A stretch of DNA of 64,000 bases from Antedon mediterranea (Eukaryota; Animalia; Echinodermata): the NCBI RefSeq assembly GCF_964355755.1, contig NC_092671.1, positions 11,904,001-11,968,000 on the forward strand, in the 5' to 3' direction. The translations under genes were made by a program, and so were the position numbers. Shown piece by piece: positions 35,001 through 49,918 of the stretch; positions within the stretch are counted from its first letter, which is position 1; each line of letters opens with the position of its first letter. The notes below the pieces were generated by a model, which was not told the origin of the DNA, did no database searches, and saw nothing but the letters and a program-made list of their open reading frames with translations.

Positions 35001-37391
35001 AAAAAAATCTTGTTTTTCATACTTCTCCGTTTGCTCTCGAAATGTTCTGATTCCACGTTTTAGAGATACGCAACATGTCATGAATCGGGTAGAAATTTGA
35101 TTAGACATTCATTTTGCGCCTTTTAAAATTGTACATACGTGTGCAATAAAAAATGACTTAGTTTTTAATCTATAATCAATAATCATGGAAATTCAGGAAA
35201 CCTCGCGTTAGTCAAGTTGTTCTGACGTCATTGAAAAATAATGTTGATTATGTTGACAAAGTTACGAAATGTTCTGATTCCACATTTTATAGATATAATA
35301 CGCGAGACACAAAAATGACAGAAATAAAGAATCACACAAAAAAAGATGATTTCATACAATAAAAAGGAGTTATCCGTCAAATGCGGATAACTAGCTTTCT
35401 TGATTATGCATAGACAAAGGCAATCTAACAACAGGACGCTGAGCTCACCTTGCCAAGATAGAAACTCGTAACATTCTTTTGATCTTAATGATTGACTGTG
35501 ACCATTCAATTTTAGGCTATGTTATGGTGTTTATTCATATTTTGTTGATTTAGGTACTTTTAAAAGTCCGAAATATTTAATAGGTAGGGCGCCGCATACG
35601 CCGGGGTGTCGATAAATTAATTAATCTAAGCTCGGAGAGCCGGTAAAATAAAAATGTTATCAAATATATGTTTAATGCTATTTAGATATTTAATTGTTCG
35701 TTTTAAAAAACTGCCGAATAGACAGTTCAGGTCAACGGCTAATGAACCATTGATCTACCAAATGAGCATCATCTTGTTGTTAGATTGCCTTGCATAGATA
35801 GTGACTTGGTATAACAATTGTGTTTTACGAATAAACTGTCCTCTTTGCAAAACAATAGTATTGGTATGGTTGGTACATTAACATTGTGCATATTTCGGGA
35901 TCAAAGTTTGACCACCTTAATTCTGAATGTAGTATAGTAAACAAGTACTCAATCTCAAATTGTTACTTTATTCCCAATATTATCTTAAGTTTAATGTTTA
36001 GTTTAGATCTTCTTTGATGTATTTTATTTCTCAGTTGATTGTAATCCAACCTTTTCAGCTCTTGCTGCTGGTTGGAATTTGATGTTTTTATACCTTAATA
36101 AATAAATAAATAAATAAATAAATCTTAATAGGAACAACAACAGTTGAAAAATGTTCCTTAAAACTAAAAGTGTCTTTAAACCACCACGGATTAATTCATC
36201 CATGAAATAATAATTTCCATATTTATCACGTGACCGCATTCGGAATATAAGTATTATAGGTTAAATGAATATAGAAGCAATATATTAATTATACAAGCTA
36301 AAGGGCATTTTATTTAAAACGTCAAGACATCACATAGGCACTATATAGGTTGTAATTCACTCTGAAATGCCAAATGTAAATAGTAATCGATTGGAATTGA
36401 TATCTGAACATTACGTGTTCTTTTGATTAATAGACAAGTACTTTTTATGATGACGTCATCCCTGTTCACCTAATTTAAATACCCTTTTCACACTGTATGA
36501 ATTGCTACAAGTTGTAATAAGCCTATTTTTATATGCAAATTTATTTATACGGGAGAAAATATAGTTTGGGCCTATTTGAAAAGGATGCATGTACTGTGAT
36601 TGGTCAGTAAAATACCGAGATAATGCGAAGTAAAAATTCGTAAAAACAGTCACTTATTTGCCGTCACACTATTCAATTTGCTACAAGTTGTTAATTCTAG
36701 TAGAAAGGGTATAGTTAAAATCCTAAAAACAATACATTCTACCTACATAATAGATTGTAGATTGAAAGCCATTTTTCAAATCATTAGGCCCAGAGTGATA
36801 TGTATTTAGAGAACTGTAAATTAATTATAGTTTAGTTGTATATATTATTGTTCTAATATCTGTTCTGGAATACTGTACTACATTGTCATAATTTTTTATT
36901 TTTAGGCGCGTATCTACATGTCGTTTGCTGTGACACATGACTCAATCATTAAACCCTAATGAAAACGTGTGTCGTCATCGCTTTACTGGCGATATAATAT
37001 TTGTTTTACAATTTCTCGTTTAAACATAAAACTATCTATCTAGCTTGTTATATTGTAATGGATTAACACGGTAGTTATGAGAAGTAGCAACAGTTCAAAT
37101 ATCAATGATACATCAATATACATTTTTATTTTCCGAAGAGTTAAAAAATAGTTCGGAAATCCAGTAAACCGTATATTACCTGTTGTCTTATGACTTTAGG
37201 AATGTCTTAATAATTTGAAATTTATTATGCCTATAATAACTGATTTGTTTTATATACTGTACACATCGTTGATTTGTTTTACTCTTGTTGTTATAAGAAT
37301 TTAGTTCGGATTGTATCACTCTACTGCGGTAATTCTTCCGTTATTCTGAAACGAAACAAGGTAATTTAAAATTACTTTCGTGACGTATATA

Positions 37392-37826
37392 CCGTAAATC
37401 TTCTAATTGTAACCCTGGGTTATTATTCTTTGATTGTTTTTTAGGGTGGATTACTATTAGAAAGGGGGGTTACTATTAGAGTAGTGGGTTATTATTACTA
37501 ATCTTAAATTAGGCACCTGAAAATAGTAACCCATCCCAATTTTTCTGGTTAGCAAATCATAGCAAAATAATAAAAGAGTACGAATAAATCACTCAATTCT
37601 CCCGAGGTCAACATGCATTATTTCCTTATTTTCAAAATACGGCTGCATCATAAACGACCAGTCTTCATAATAATGTCATTTTGTCAATAGTTTTTGTGAC
37701 TCTAATATTAACCGCCATGGGTTACTATTAGAGTAGTGGGTTATTATTATAGATTGACTTATAAGGTGGGTTACTACTAGAAGGGGGTTACTATTATAGT
37801 GTGGGTTACTATTTGAAGATTTACGG
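37392..37826. mobile_element. Tc1/mariner (pogo-like) MITE
   Basis: TIR CCGTAAATCTTCTAATTGTAACCC / GGGTTACTATTTGAAGATTTACGG; TA on both sides; subterminal GGGTTACTATT repeats. Confidence 0.85.
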
Positions 37827-38237
37827 TAATCATGCGCAACAGCAAGCAACAACATAATTAATAATTCAATATTAACAATTAAATAAAAATATATATAATT
37901 TTACCGATAGAAGCACTTAAATTAAACATATTCTTTATGTTGGTCCATGTAAAGCTTCTATCTATTATCAGAGGCAACAGCAAACGATGGTTACTGTATT
38001 TTTGATACAATATAAATAATAGATTAAAAAAATCCCATATGATATCCTTACCCGTATCCTGGTCTCTATACAATCCCGGGGTTGACTTATAGGAATCCGA
38101 GTCTTCTTTTAAAAGCCTCTAGAAAATTATGATCGAATTTTATATTAGTATTTATTTTAGTACAATTTTTATATTATTATTATCATTATAGTACAATAAA
38201 CACACATTAATTATAGGTACGCATGTTATTTCACTAA

Positions 38238-38391
38238 AGCTCTATCTACAACTATCAAACTAGTTTGACAAAAAAAGTGTGATGTTCCCAAATATGGTAG
38301 TGATATGTCAAAATATGGTAGTGATATGACATCATCATGTCCATGGGCACATCACATTCTTTTTGTCACATACAGTTTGATAGTGTAGACA
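38238..38391. mobile_element. PIF/Harbinger-like MITE, right TIR split by a large palindrome
   Basis: AGCTCTATCTAC(A)ACTATCAAAC...GTTTGATAGTGTAGACA|...|TAGCTT; relatives at 40258-40375 and 62722-62810. Confidence 0.7.
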
Positions 38392-40225
38392 TAGCCTGGG
38401 TGCAGAACAATTATTATACACATTTGCGGGAAAAAAGTATAGGAAAATTTTTTTGGGGTTTTTTCTAATAGAGTATATCATATGGAATGTCCAAAAAAAA
38501 ATCCCCATCCCAGGGTCTTGGGGAAAATTTTTTATGGCACTTTTAAATTTTGGCCCGGATAACACACACAAATTCCTATTAACATACACAAATACCTATA
38601 TATAGGGGATAGGGAAAATCAATTAACAGTTTTTGTTACTTGCAGTTGTGTTTTAATGATTAAAATTAGTAGGGGCTTACTTTAATAACTACTTCTCATA
38701 GTAGTTGATGAATCAAGTCGATACGATGACATCATCATGCCAGAATCCAATATGGCGTCCAATTTGGCGGGAAAAACAGGGTATTGCTAAACCCCCGCAA
38801 ACCCCTGGAAACCTAAAAAAAACATAGAAAACCCCACCGAACCGACATAAAAGTGATTGAATCATGGAGTGTACGAACCACTGGGTATGTCCATCTAAAA
38901 AAAAATTAAAATTTCTACTGTTAACTACTTATTTTGGGGATAAAACATCATTTTTTGGTTAAAAATTAGCAATCATTTTTTACCAAAAAATGATGTTTTA
39001 CCCCAAAAATAAGTAGTTAACAGTAGAAATTTTATTTTTTTAAAACATGGATATACCCAGTGGGTCGTACACTACATGATTCAATCACTTTTATCATGTT
39101 GGTTCGGTGGGGTTTGCTATGTTTTTTTGGAGGTTTGCAGGGTTTAGCAATCATTTTTGACCAAAAAATGATGTTTTATCCCAAAAATAAGTTTACTTCT
39201 CATAGTAGTTGATGAATCAAGTCGATACGATGACATCATCATGCCAGAATCCAATATGGCGTCCAATTTGGCAGGAAAAACAGGGTATTGCTAAACCCCC
39301 GCAAACCCCTGGAAACCTAAAAAAAAACATAGAAAACCCCACCAAACCGACATAAAGGTGATTGAATCATGGAGTGTACGAACCACTGGGTATGTCCATC
39401 TAAAAAAAAATTAAAATTTCTACTGTTAACTACTTATTTTGGGGATAAAACATCATTTTTTGGTTAAAAATTAGCAATCATTTTTTACCAAAAAATGATG
39501 TTTTACCCCAAAAATAAGTAGTTAACAGTAGAAATTTTATTTTTTTAAAACATGGATATACCCAGTGGGTCGTACACTACATGATTCAATCACTTTTATC
39601 ATGTTGGTTCGGTGGGGTTTGCTATGTTTTTTTGGAGGTTTGCAGGGTTTAGCAATCATTTTTGACCAAAAAATGATGTTTTATCCCAAAAATAAGTAGT
39701 TAACAGTAGAAATTTAATTTTTTTTTTTACATGGATATACCCAGTGGGTCGTACACTATATGATTCAATCACTTTTATGTTGGTTCGGTGGGGTTTGCTA
39801 TGCTTTTTTTTAGGTTTGCAAGGGTTTTCGGGGGTTTAGCAATGCCCTGTTTTTTCCGCCAAATTGGACGACATATTGGATTCTGGCATGATGATGTCAT
39901 TGTTATCGACTCGATTTATCAACTACTATGAGAAGTAGTTATTAAAGTAAGCCTCAGCAAATTTTAATCATCATAACACAACTCCAAGTAAAAAAAAAAG
40001 TGAATTGGTTTTCCCTATCCCCTATATATAGGTATTTGTGTGTGTTAATAGGCATTTGTGTGTGTTATATAGGCCAAAATTTAAAAGTGCCGTAAAAAAT
40101 TTTCCCCAAGACCCTGGGATGGGGATTTTTTTTCTGCCATTCTATATGGTATACTCTATCAGAAAAAAAAAGAAAAACATTTTCCTATACTTTTTTCCCG
40201 CAAAATTTGTACTGCACCCAGGCTA
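38392..40225. mobile_element. 1.83-kb palindromic foldback element with an internal 504-bp tandem duplication
   Basis: TAGCCTGGGTGCAG...CTGCACCCAGGCTA; arms of roughly 570 bp; 38691-39192 is repeated at 39195-39692. Confidence 0.88.
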
Positions 40226-40257
40226 TAGCTTTACAAATGTTATGGTAAACGGAGACT

Positions 40258-40375
40258 AAGCTCCGTCTACACTTTAAAATAGTTTGACAAAAATAGTGTG
40301 ATGTGCTAAAATATGGTAGTGATATGACGTCATTGTGTCCACGTGCTCATCACATTTTTTGTCACATAAAGCTTT
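40258..40375. mobile_element. Harbinger-like MITE copy
   Basis: aagctccgtctacact...aaatatggtagtgatatgac...ttgtcacata. Confidence 0.65.
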
Positions 40376-43300
40376 AGAATAGGTTTAAATTAGTGAAGAT
40401 GAGAAGCACTCAGGTGGGTAAGAAGCCCTCTATTATTCTTCACCTTCTCATCCACCCTCGAATCATAATAATAGGCCTAAGCGATGTTGGCAATTAAGTG
40501 CAGAACTTAAATATGAAGCTCTTTATGTCGGTCTGTGTAAAGCGTCTATCTATTATCAGAGGTAACAGCAAACGATGGTTACTGTATTTTTTATATATTA
40601 TAAATAATTCTAGAACTTAAATAAGAACTTCTGAACCCTAGAGGTGAAAAATGCATCAGAGATGTTCCACTACCAGAAGCATCAAAAGATTACCTCTCCA
40701 GGTCTGCACATAACGTAATTATAATGAAGATCAATATCAATGTATAACACGGATTTCATCAGTGTGATCTTAAACGGCTTTTAATATTAGCAGAGTAACT
40801 CTTCTACATAACCTCCCTTATTGTTGACCCGTTAAGTGTAATTGTATATTACTTTATAGAAATTGTCTTAATTAACTAGCACGCTATGACTTGTTAGTAA
40901 TTACGCCACTTAATCAGTTGTCATGAAGTACAACATGCTGGATTACAGACGCATAAACGTAAATCTACATAATGGTTCCAGACGTGACGTAATTGACAGT
41001 AAAGATATACGTACCTTGGTTATGTAGTTCCTTTGGTTTTGAAGTTTTATATCTGAAACTAGAATCAAACATCTGAATGTATTAATAATACAAAAATAGA
41101 AAAATAAAGGTGCATTCTTTCAAAATTTACCATAGAATTATTTATTTAGTTAATTTATTACTATCTCTAACACTATTATCATCATCCACATTAATAATTA
41201 TTTTATAATAATAATAATATAATAATAATTTTTATATTATTAACAGCGTTGTTGTTATTTGATTTCACTTCTATCCAATCGTGTAAGTGTGGATAATGTA
41301 TGGGCCTAACCGGTGTAAGGCAACGACTGAAGCTATATGTGACCGATTTTGAGAAGATATTCAAAAACACTACAAAATCAAATGTAAATTTGGTCTAACA
41401 TATTTACTATCACTCCTCACTGGCATAGATACCGGTGAGGGGTACCCCTACCTTTTTAGATTAGTATTAGATAATCCCCCTCAACCCATTCGGCGACAAA
41501 CGCACACACTTAACAACCTTAGGTTTTTCTTCTCAAAATCCTGGTACAGATCCCCAATAATGAAAACGGATCCGCGCCCTTGTCATCAGTATTCCTTAAA
41601 TAATAAATTGTCTATTTTCTGTCATTGTCGCGTCATCATCATTGTCATCGTTTCGTCACTGAACTGGTAGCAATTACCGTATCGTAAACAAATTGCAAAG
41701 GGACTTGAATATCAATGACGTTTTATTTAACTGTGTATTGGCATTACACTAGCGCCGAGTCAATCAGTAAGTGAATGATGTATAGACGTGTTGTAATTAC
41801 GGTTATATTACTTACTAATAATTAATAACCAAGGTAAGTGTTTATAGGTATAATGTAGCCATTGTTACTCGAAATATATTAATCGCGGACAGCAAATTTC
41901 AAAATCGACATGCAAAACTGTCTCGGGCCATTTATTGTGGTTTCGCAGGGTCGCGGCGATTTCGTCAACCTTAACAATAATCCTCGGCAACATGTGTAGG
42001 GAAGGAAAAAGGAGGTTCTGTATCGCGGTATTACTCAATAAAATAATTATAATATAGGCGAATAAAATATGAACATCTTCTAAATTCAGTTTAAAGGTTT
42101 TTGAGTTACATCAAGAAAAGTATAAAATACTCTTATGAATACCTTAAAACATAAATCAAGGTATATCATTACATTTAAGGTTCGACACATTATTCATTCA
42201 CCGTAATTTGCATATTTCCAGAGTCGAATATCAGAAAAATATTTTACATTTATTATTGTATAATCATATTACTGTTAGACTGCAAACTTTATATTTAATA
42301 AGGCATCAAGTGTTTCTACAAACGTCTTTGACAAACATTGCTTCGTATTTACCCTGTAAATCGTATAGTGTTGTCATTGTGGGCGTATAAAGTTACTTTA
42401 AATGGATCTTTCAAGGAAACATTATAAGAATTCGTACGATTAATAACAGAAATAACATCAATAGAAACGAAATCAGTTTCAAGTTTGAACCTGTGTTTTC
42501 TTTAACAAGATACTGTTGCTTCTATGATGATTAATTAGATTATCAATATCCAATAAAGAATGCATTGCAGTCATTGAAAATGATAAATTCCATATCATGA
42601 ATGATTCCACCAAACTTACGAGTTAAAATAACTAGTGAGGCATAATGAATAGGCAAACTTCCTTAAAATGTGACATGTCTCGAGAAACCAACAGAAATAA
42701 TAATAATTTTAAAAAAGATAACAGAAAACAACGCCTAGAGTACTTATATACCAATAGGACAGGTTGTAAAAATTAAATTACATATGTACCAAATCCACAA
42801 TTAGGCCTATATATCATACATTGAAGAAATCACGTCCTTAAATACGAAAAACTAACCTTTTCATTAACGAATTACAATCTCCACTAACTATAAATAATAA
42901 CTGTCTACAAATCTTTCTTTTTATTGAAAATGAAAATTACATGGAAACTAAGTGTGTATTTATTGTATATTTTATGTTTAAATTCCAATTGGGCGTTTCA
43001 TCTGCTGGAAGTATTTATATGGAACGCTATAACCTAGACTAACCAACATGCAAACATTATAATACTTACCACTTCGTTTGTCACTTCTTTTGGAAGTAAG
43101 GCATCTCAAAGTACACCTCGGTTTCTGCTTACATATTCTGGCGCATGATGATTGGCCGTTGGCTTCTAAAAGAATACATCTTAAAGTTATAGATGGAAAA
43201 AACTTTTGCATTAAAAAAATAATTTAACACAAAAAACAAACGTTGTTTGGAAGTAAGGCAGTTCAATATATACAATTCGGTCTATTCTTACTTACAATTC

Positions 43301-43833
43301 TTTCAAATTCACATAAAGTTGGTAAATTTTATAGAATACGTTTGTATTTACCTATATCATAATGGATGGTATTAGTAATTCAGTATTACTGTTTATAGTG
43401 ATTTTTGTTTTAACTGGAGAACGTCAGAATGGTAATTATATATACCTATTACGTGGGATTATCATCATGTTGAAAGCCCAATAAAACGAGTATTGAATTT
43501 CGATTTTGAAATAAATCACTTGCTATAAACGTAAAATATAAATGAAAAGCAGCGAAAGATTTAAACACGATTATACTTCAAATCCAAATCTGTTCATACA
43601 TGCTGTAATATTTCATAGTTTAGAATAGTTGTTGAAACTTTATTTCTGCCTCAAGATCCGATTTCTTTGGAGTGGGTTTTGAAAGTTGTATCTAATAGCA
43701 TAGTACAAAAATAAATCATTTTGAAATTTGCCCTGTTTCGTCATAGAACCCGTTCTCATGACTGAATAAATAAACGACATACATATCAAAGTATTTAGTA
43801 ATACACGACTTGTTAGTTATTGAAACATGTAGG

Positions 43834-43943
43834 AACAAGGCCAACAGCCATAAGTCGCGTGCTAAAACGCATAGTGATACCGGACCGACAGACAGACCGA
43901 CAGACCGACCGATCGACCGACCGACATAGTGAACTATAGAATT
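43834..43943 (-). mobile_element. HINE-like copy (diverged)
   Basis: aacaaggcc..agtcgcgtgc..(GACC/GACA)n..gacatagtga is the reverse complement of the 2116 family. Confidence 0.65.
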
Positions 43944-46900
43944 CAATGCAAATTGTTGTTAGTTGTTTCCTTTTTATTTGGTACTGATGTGCTATGCCGC
44001 AGCTATTAAACGAATATAACTACAATGATGAATGTTTCCGATTAATAAAGGATAAAAAACGACAATCAATGTTTGTAAACCTATAAAGAGTAACATTCTA
44101 TACCTTTTCCGATATGTGCAACTCATTTTTAAGTACCGTAACATATTCTCCATCCTAAATTTTAAAGCATCAATGTTTTCCGCTATAAAATTGTCATAAA
44201 TACTTTCCAGCCTATTATGCGGTAAGAATTGGAATAAGAAATACTTTGCTGCAACAAAGTTACCAAAACATTTAGAACAAATAAAAACTGAAACTAGTGC
44301 CAACTAATAAAGCCGCCCGAATTGATGAATATAATAAAATCAGATTAAGAGTTATCGATCAATCTCCTTAATATTACACGAAGTTCCATTTATAGAAACA
44401 TAATATGGTCTTCGTGATTTCATAGAAGGAAGAAGGAAGTCATTGCTCGGTAAATATGGTTTACACGATGCATCATGTTTCCGATATATCATATAATTGT
44501 AAAGGAGTGGTTGATTAAGAATGGTTGATTAAGTTTAGGTATGTAGTTCGTTCATCAATATGTTTGATACTTCGAATATTATAGTGAAGGAAAGAATAGC
44601 CAATATTATGTTTTTGTTTTTTTTACAGATTCATTCAAATCATATGGACTCCTATTAGAACATGTCTCGCATTTAGCTTATATCTGAGACTATATTCGAT
44701 GAATTCGTGTTCATTATTACCTATAGATATTGAATAAAATAGTATATCCATTGGATTAGATATTTCGTTTTCATTATCATTAGCTGTACTGTTATCGATG
44801 CTTTGATTTTGCATGTTATTAGTCTATAAAAATATTTATTTTATCAATTAATATAATATAATATTTTTGCTTATGGCTAATACTTAACTTCAGTTACAAT
44901 ACATTTCTGAATTTCAGTTACCTTACAACTTGTACTATTAGTTATAGGCCTACCCAATATGAGTAAGATAAATTTTATGATTTATAATCAACATAAAATG
45001 GCATAGAAAAATTTATTTAAAATCTCAACGGTTAATTAAGCAACAAACACAAAAGATTTCAAAATTATTTTATTTAACTTCATATAACTGAACAACATCA
45101 GCGTAAATAAGTTATCAGATTAGTATCTATTGTCTAACTAAAACATAATAATAATAAAAATTTGAAAATACCTGTTGTAACTGACAGAATAAGAACCATA
45201 ATTAAAGCTACTAGACACAGTCGATACGGCGTTAATTTGTTCATGTTGTGCTATACCAGAATATCGCCACTAAACTTGCAACTCCTCGTCAATGTTCTGC
45301 TGAAATCTGACTTTACGTTGCGCTTACTTTATGTTTATCATAACTCGTTGTGTATATCACTCCGCGGCGGTAATCACGATCCATTGAGTTACTACTCTAA
45401 ATTAATATTGAATTATCACGCACGATTCTTAAACAATTATTAGTTGCTGAGAAAGAACTTCATTTTAAGTATTTTCAGACAACTTTAATCTTTTTATTTT
45501 TAATATTTAGAATTCACTGAATGCAAAGAAAGAGAATAATTAAGTGAATTGTTTAACTTCACATATTTCTTTTCTACTGTCGTAACACCCGGTAACCCGG
45601 TACACGGATGGTGCATCAGGTAAGGGCGGCCTTATGTTATTAAATTAAATTCACATTTATTTAAATTATGATCATGCATACAAATTTCATTAATGATTGC
45701 TAAGGATTTTGCACTGGGAAGATTTGAGTCCATTTTACATAGACAACTGTAAGATGATGTTGATGTCATTCCTATTAATAAAACAAATGTCACTATATTG
45801 TTAGTACTCGAATTAACTACTATAACCATTCTTTACTCCATGCTATAACTCTTGCCAGCATTTTGATTGTCATTTTTATCATCGATATCATAAAATATCA
45901 TCTATTCAACTTTAGATAGAGCATATTCATCATCATTGTTGTTCAGTTCAGAAGATGTAGTCACTTCTGAACCAATAATAAAACATATTACTACCAAATT
46001 ATACCATAAACTATACTAATGGGAAGTCCAACAATATTTTATTGGTAACATTTAAAAATCAATTGTCGATTTAAAACCTACAGCCAAGAGTACGAACGAC
46101 TAAAAGCGATCTATTTACGTCAAGAGTGTCGAGCGCAGATGACGGATTGTAAATTCCTTTTATTATATACAGATTTAGGAATGACAGTTTTGTCCAGTGT
46201 TGATAATTTTAGTTTAGTACCACGATGAGTGTTTTAATAGTTGAACAGACTAATAATTATCTCTTTACAGTGTTACCTTTCAATTTCTCAATTAATTTCA
46301 ATTAATTGATATTGACACGTCTCACAAACAAAAATGAATGGTCTGGATGTTAACATTAATGTGTAAATTAAACCAAAGTTTCGTGTGACAGATGTGCTGT
46401 GGAAAAAACGCTTGAAACTTAAAACAACAGTACGGTAGGACTAAATGCCCCCACAGTATATTATCTCAGACATAGCACTGTGAGAGAATCGGATGGATTG
46501 AGACTAAAATATTACGAAGGAGTACAATAACTCTTGTTTACTATTAAATTGCATATTTATTTATGTTATGTGTAAAATAAAATCAAATTACAGGAATAGT
46601 TGGATCGATAGAATAGGGGTTGAACATTCACCATTTAAAATTCCATGAACGAACGAATTACCTATCATTACTACAGCAAAGAACAATTACTAATCGTTAC
46701 CCAAGGCAGATTGTAATGTAGAAATAATTAAGTCTTAAATCGTGTGATTACATAAAATTAATACAGAAGATTCTAAATTAAGAATTAGGACCGATCACTG
46801 TGTCCGACTTCGAAATTTTACTTCGCCCATTTCAATTTCTTGTTTGTTGAAACTAAATACCTCACCCAGATACTAGGAAACAGAGAGTGAAGAGGGTCCG

Positions 46901-46949
46901 TGTGAACTCTTGTGATCATCACACCCACTTCATAAGCACACGCCTACGC

Positions 46950-47630
46950 AAAAATATAAAGTATTTTAGCTTATCGGAACAAAGTGGTTTCAATAAGGAA
47001 GAGCTGTCCATTGTATTTAAGGTCTACATCAGACCCGTTTTAGAATACGTCGCCCCAGTTTGGCATTTTGGTATAACCCACGCACAATCCAACCTGATTG
47101 AACGCGTCCGGAAAAGGGCTTGTAGGTGTATAATAGGCTGGGAACTATACATCATACGATGCGGCCCTGACTGAGTTAGGCTTTGAACGTTTGTCAGACC
47201 GCCGTGACCTGCTTTGTGCCAATTTTGCTCACAAATACAATAGATTTAGTGAATGGTTCCCACTAAACAATAAAACACATAACATGAATATGCGAAACTC
47301 ACTTAAATACAAAGAATATAAATGTAGAACTAAACGATTCCAATGCTCCCCTATACCATCAATGGTTAAATTACTAAATGAATGAACGAAAAATAATGAA
47401 AATGAAAACTATATTTATTTATTTTTATATATTTAAACATTATATATTTTTGAAGATATTTTTCTACTAATCAATTGACTATGTACCGTAACTTAACTAT
47501 TGTATTAATCTTCATATTGCTCATTTTGTTTAATTCTGTATATTTTGTATAATGTATTTAACTACTCAGTTCGCAATTCAGTTTATACTGCCATGAATTG
47601 TTTTATGTATATACTTGTTGATGAATAAAG
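46950..47630 (+). mobile_element. LINE (L2/CR1-group) 3' fragment
   Basis: VYIRPVLEYVAPVWH, IERVRKRACR, RTKRFQCSPIP, then AT-rich UTR and AATAAA. Confidence 0.8.
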
Positions 47631-49032
47631 GATACCGAAAGAAAAAAACTATTTCTACCTGTGCACATCTAAGGTCCAGTTTTGGATGGACAAAAATAGA
47701 TGGAGGAAATAAGGAACATAATATACTGAGAATTGTTGTTATGTAAAACCTAACGATAAAAATAAATTTAATCAAGATCATCATTTCTTTATACGAACCT
47801 GCTACGGATTATCAAGTTACAATGCATATCAATAATGTACATCGTTTTAAATCATTCAATAATAACAACATGTAGATTCACGGCATAAATGATGACGATA
47901 ACCGAAATGCTTAATGGTAATAATAAACGAATAGTGCGCTAACTACCTCATTAGCAAGATACTTATCTTAAGTAGTAAAACATTTAGAACGATCTCATAT
48001 TTCCCTATCATTTAAAAGTATTGGTATTTACTTATGCATAACGAAGTCTACATTTTACTTTATCAATTTGGATTGAGAGAGCCGAACGGCGCGTATTTGC
48101 AATATCATTCGAGGGATGGCAAGACTATGATATCGATTATATTTGTAGGCCCAATTGTAATACAGTAGTTATTACAACAGATAAAAATCAAACATACTTA
48201 TACATCAATAAGGGAAGAGAATCAAACGACCGGATTTTGGAAAAATAAAGATTCAGGACAATATAAATTACTAGGTTCTATGTCGTCCAGTAATCTCATT
48301 ACAATGCGTACAAGTTAAATTCATTCGTAGTTTATTTACAAACTTTTACACATGCATATACATTCCTAGATCCATCTCTACCAGAAATTAACGATAACGT
48401 ATTTTACAACTTTATAAATTAATCATGCATAACGAAGAGCGCATCACAGTTCTGCGCATGTACAAACACATTATTATTTACTAAATACTGTATTTGCATT
48501 CGGTTCGGGCCTATTTATATTATATCTGCTGGTGAAACGTGGTCCTACGAGATTTACCCAGCCAGCCCAGCACTGCTTCGTGGAAGGTTGTACAACAAAT
48601 ATTGCTGTTGAATTTGTAATTGCCATAGCTGCGTCGTTGCTTATACGTCGTTGACGGTTACAGAACTCATATTCGTTTTTGCCGTCGTCTCCTATAACCA
48701 TTTTCAGAAAATTAACTGAATTAAGCTAATCTAAATCAATTAAAATCGGGCTTAAAATGCGTCAGCCGTGGTATTTAGACAAATGAAATTCATATATCGA
48801 ATTTCTTTACATGCTGTTGATCTGCATTTAATAAATATATTTGAATATTGTCATGTACCAAAGTTTAGTAAAACCCTCTCTGTATTCAAGTTTCAGAGAA
48901 AGCGATTGTCGGAATTGTCTCTTTATTATATCTAGACGTGCAGACGACCGTTTAAGATTCGAAAGTGATATGGCAATGGCTCTTTAAGGTAAATCTATGC
49001 AAATCAAAACATGAAGATGAAATTAAGGCATC

Positions 49033-49150
49033 CATTACAATGTCACAAAAACGGATCGGACGACAACCCCTATCATCCATTATAATTTCACAAAAACGGA
49101 TCGGACGACAACCGCTATTATTCATTACAATTTCACAAAACGGATCGGAT
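49033..49150. repeat. About 45-bp tandem repeat x2.6
   Basis: TCACAAAAACGGATCGGA occurs three times. Confidence 0.85.
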
Positions 49151-49918
49151 ATTTCTACTATTTTTAAACTAGTACCGAAATCGATGGGGGGGGGGGAGAG
49201 GGGGTGGTGAAGATAAACAAAAAATGAATGCAACCATACATTGTGGTAGGAGAAGAATTACAAATAGCGGCAGGCAATAATATGCGCATACGATGTATGG
49301 ATCAGACTGTTTTTCTTCCAGTGAAGCGCACATGAATCTGAGGTGCTTTAACTATTCGGTCACGCCCTTCTTCTTTAAAATCATTTGCATAATTATTTTT
49401 GCTCCCTGGATTTGTTTGTTGCAGGTTTTACATAAACACCTGCGTCACAAAATCGATTTAACTGGTTGAAATTATCGTACCGTACATACGAAAAACTCAT
49501 CACCAAATTTGCGTCATTGCATGTCAATTTACTCAGTTGCGCCAACAAAAATAATGCCATTCAAATACGTCACTGGTACAGTTCCAATATTTATTAAAAC
49601 CAAAATCGCAGAACAAAAAAGAGCATTATCTTAAAAAATACAATCCAGCAATGACAGTTGGGCAAGACAAAATCTTACAAAGGCAACATCTAATATTATA
49701 CTTTATGTAATAAAAAACAATTAGTTATACGCCAACATATTAGTAGTCCAAATTTTCTTCTAATCACAATATCTTTCTTGGTTAAACAAAACAAAAATTT
49801 ATACAATACAGCGATTTTCATTACCAGATTCTAAAAGGTGGGAATATTGAAACATTTATTGATTTAAGCAGAATTTTATAAACATTATTTCCAACAAGCC
49901 TCATAACGTTTTAAGAAA

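Noticed and set aside
38335-40259. Paralogous ORFs 38335-38589 and 40038-40259
   Set aside because: Mirror translations of palindrome arms; no domain recognised.
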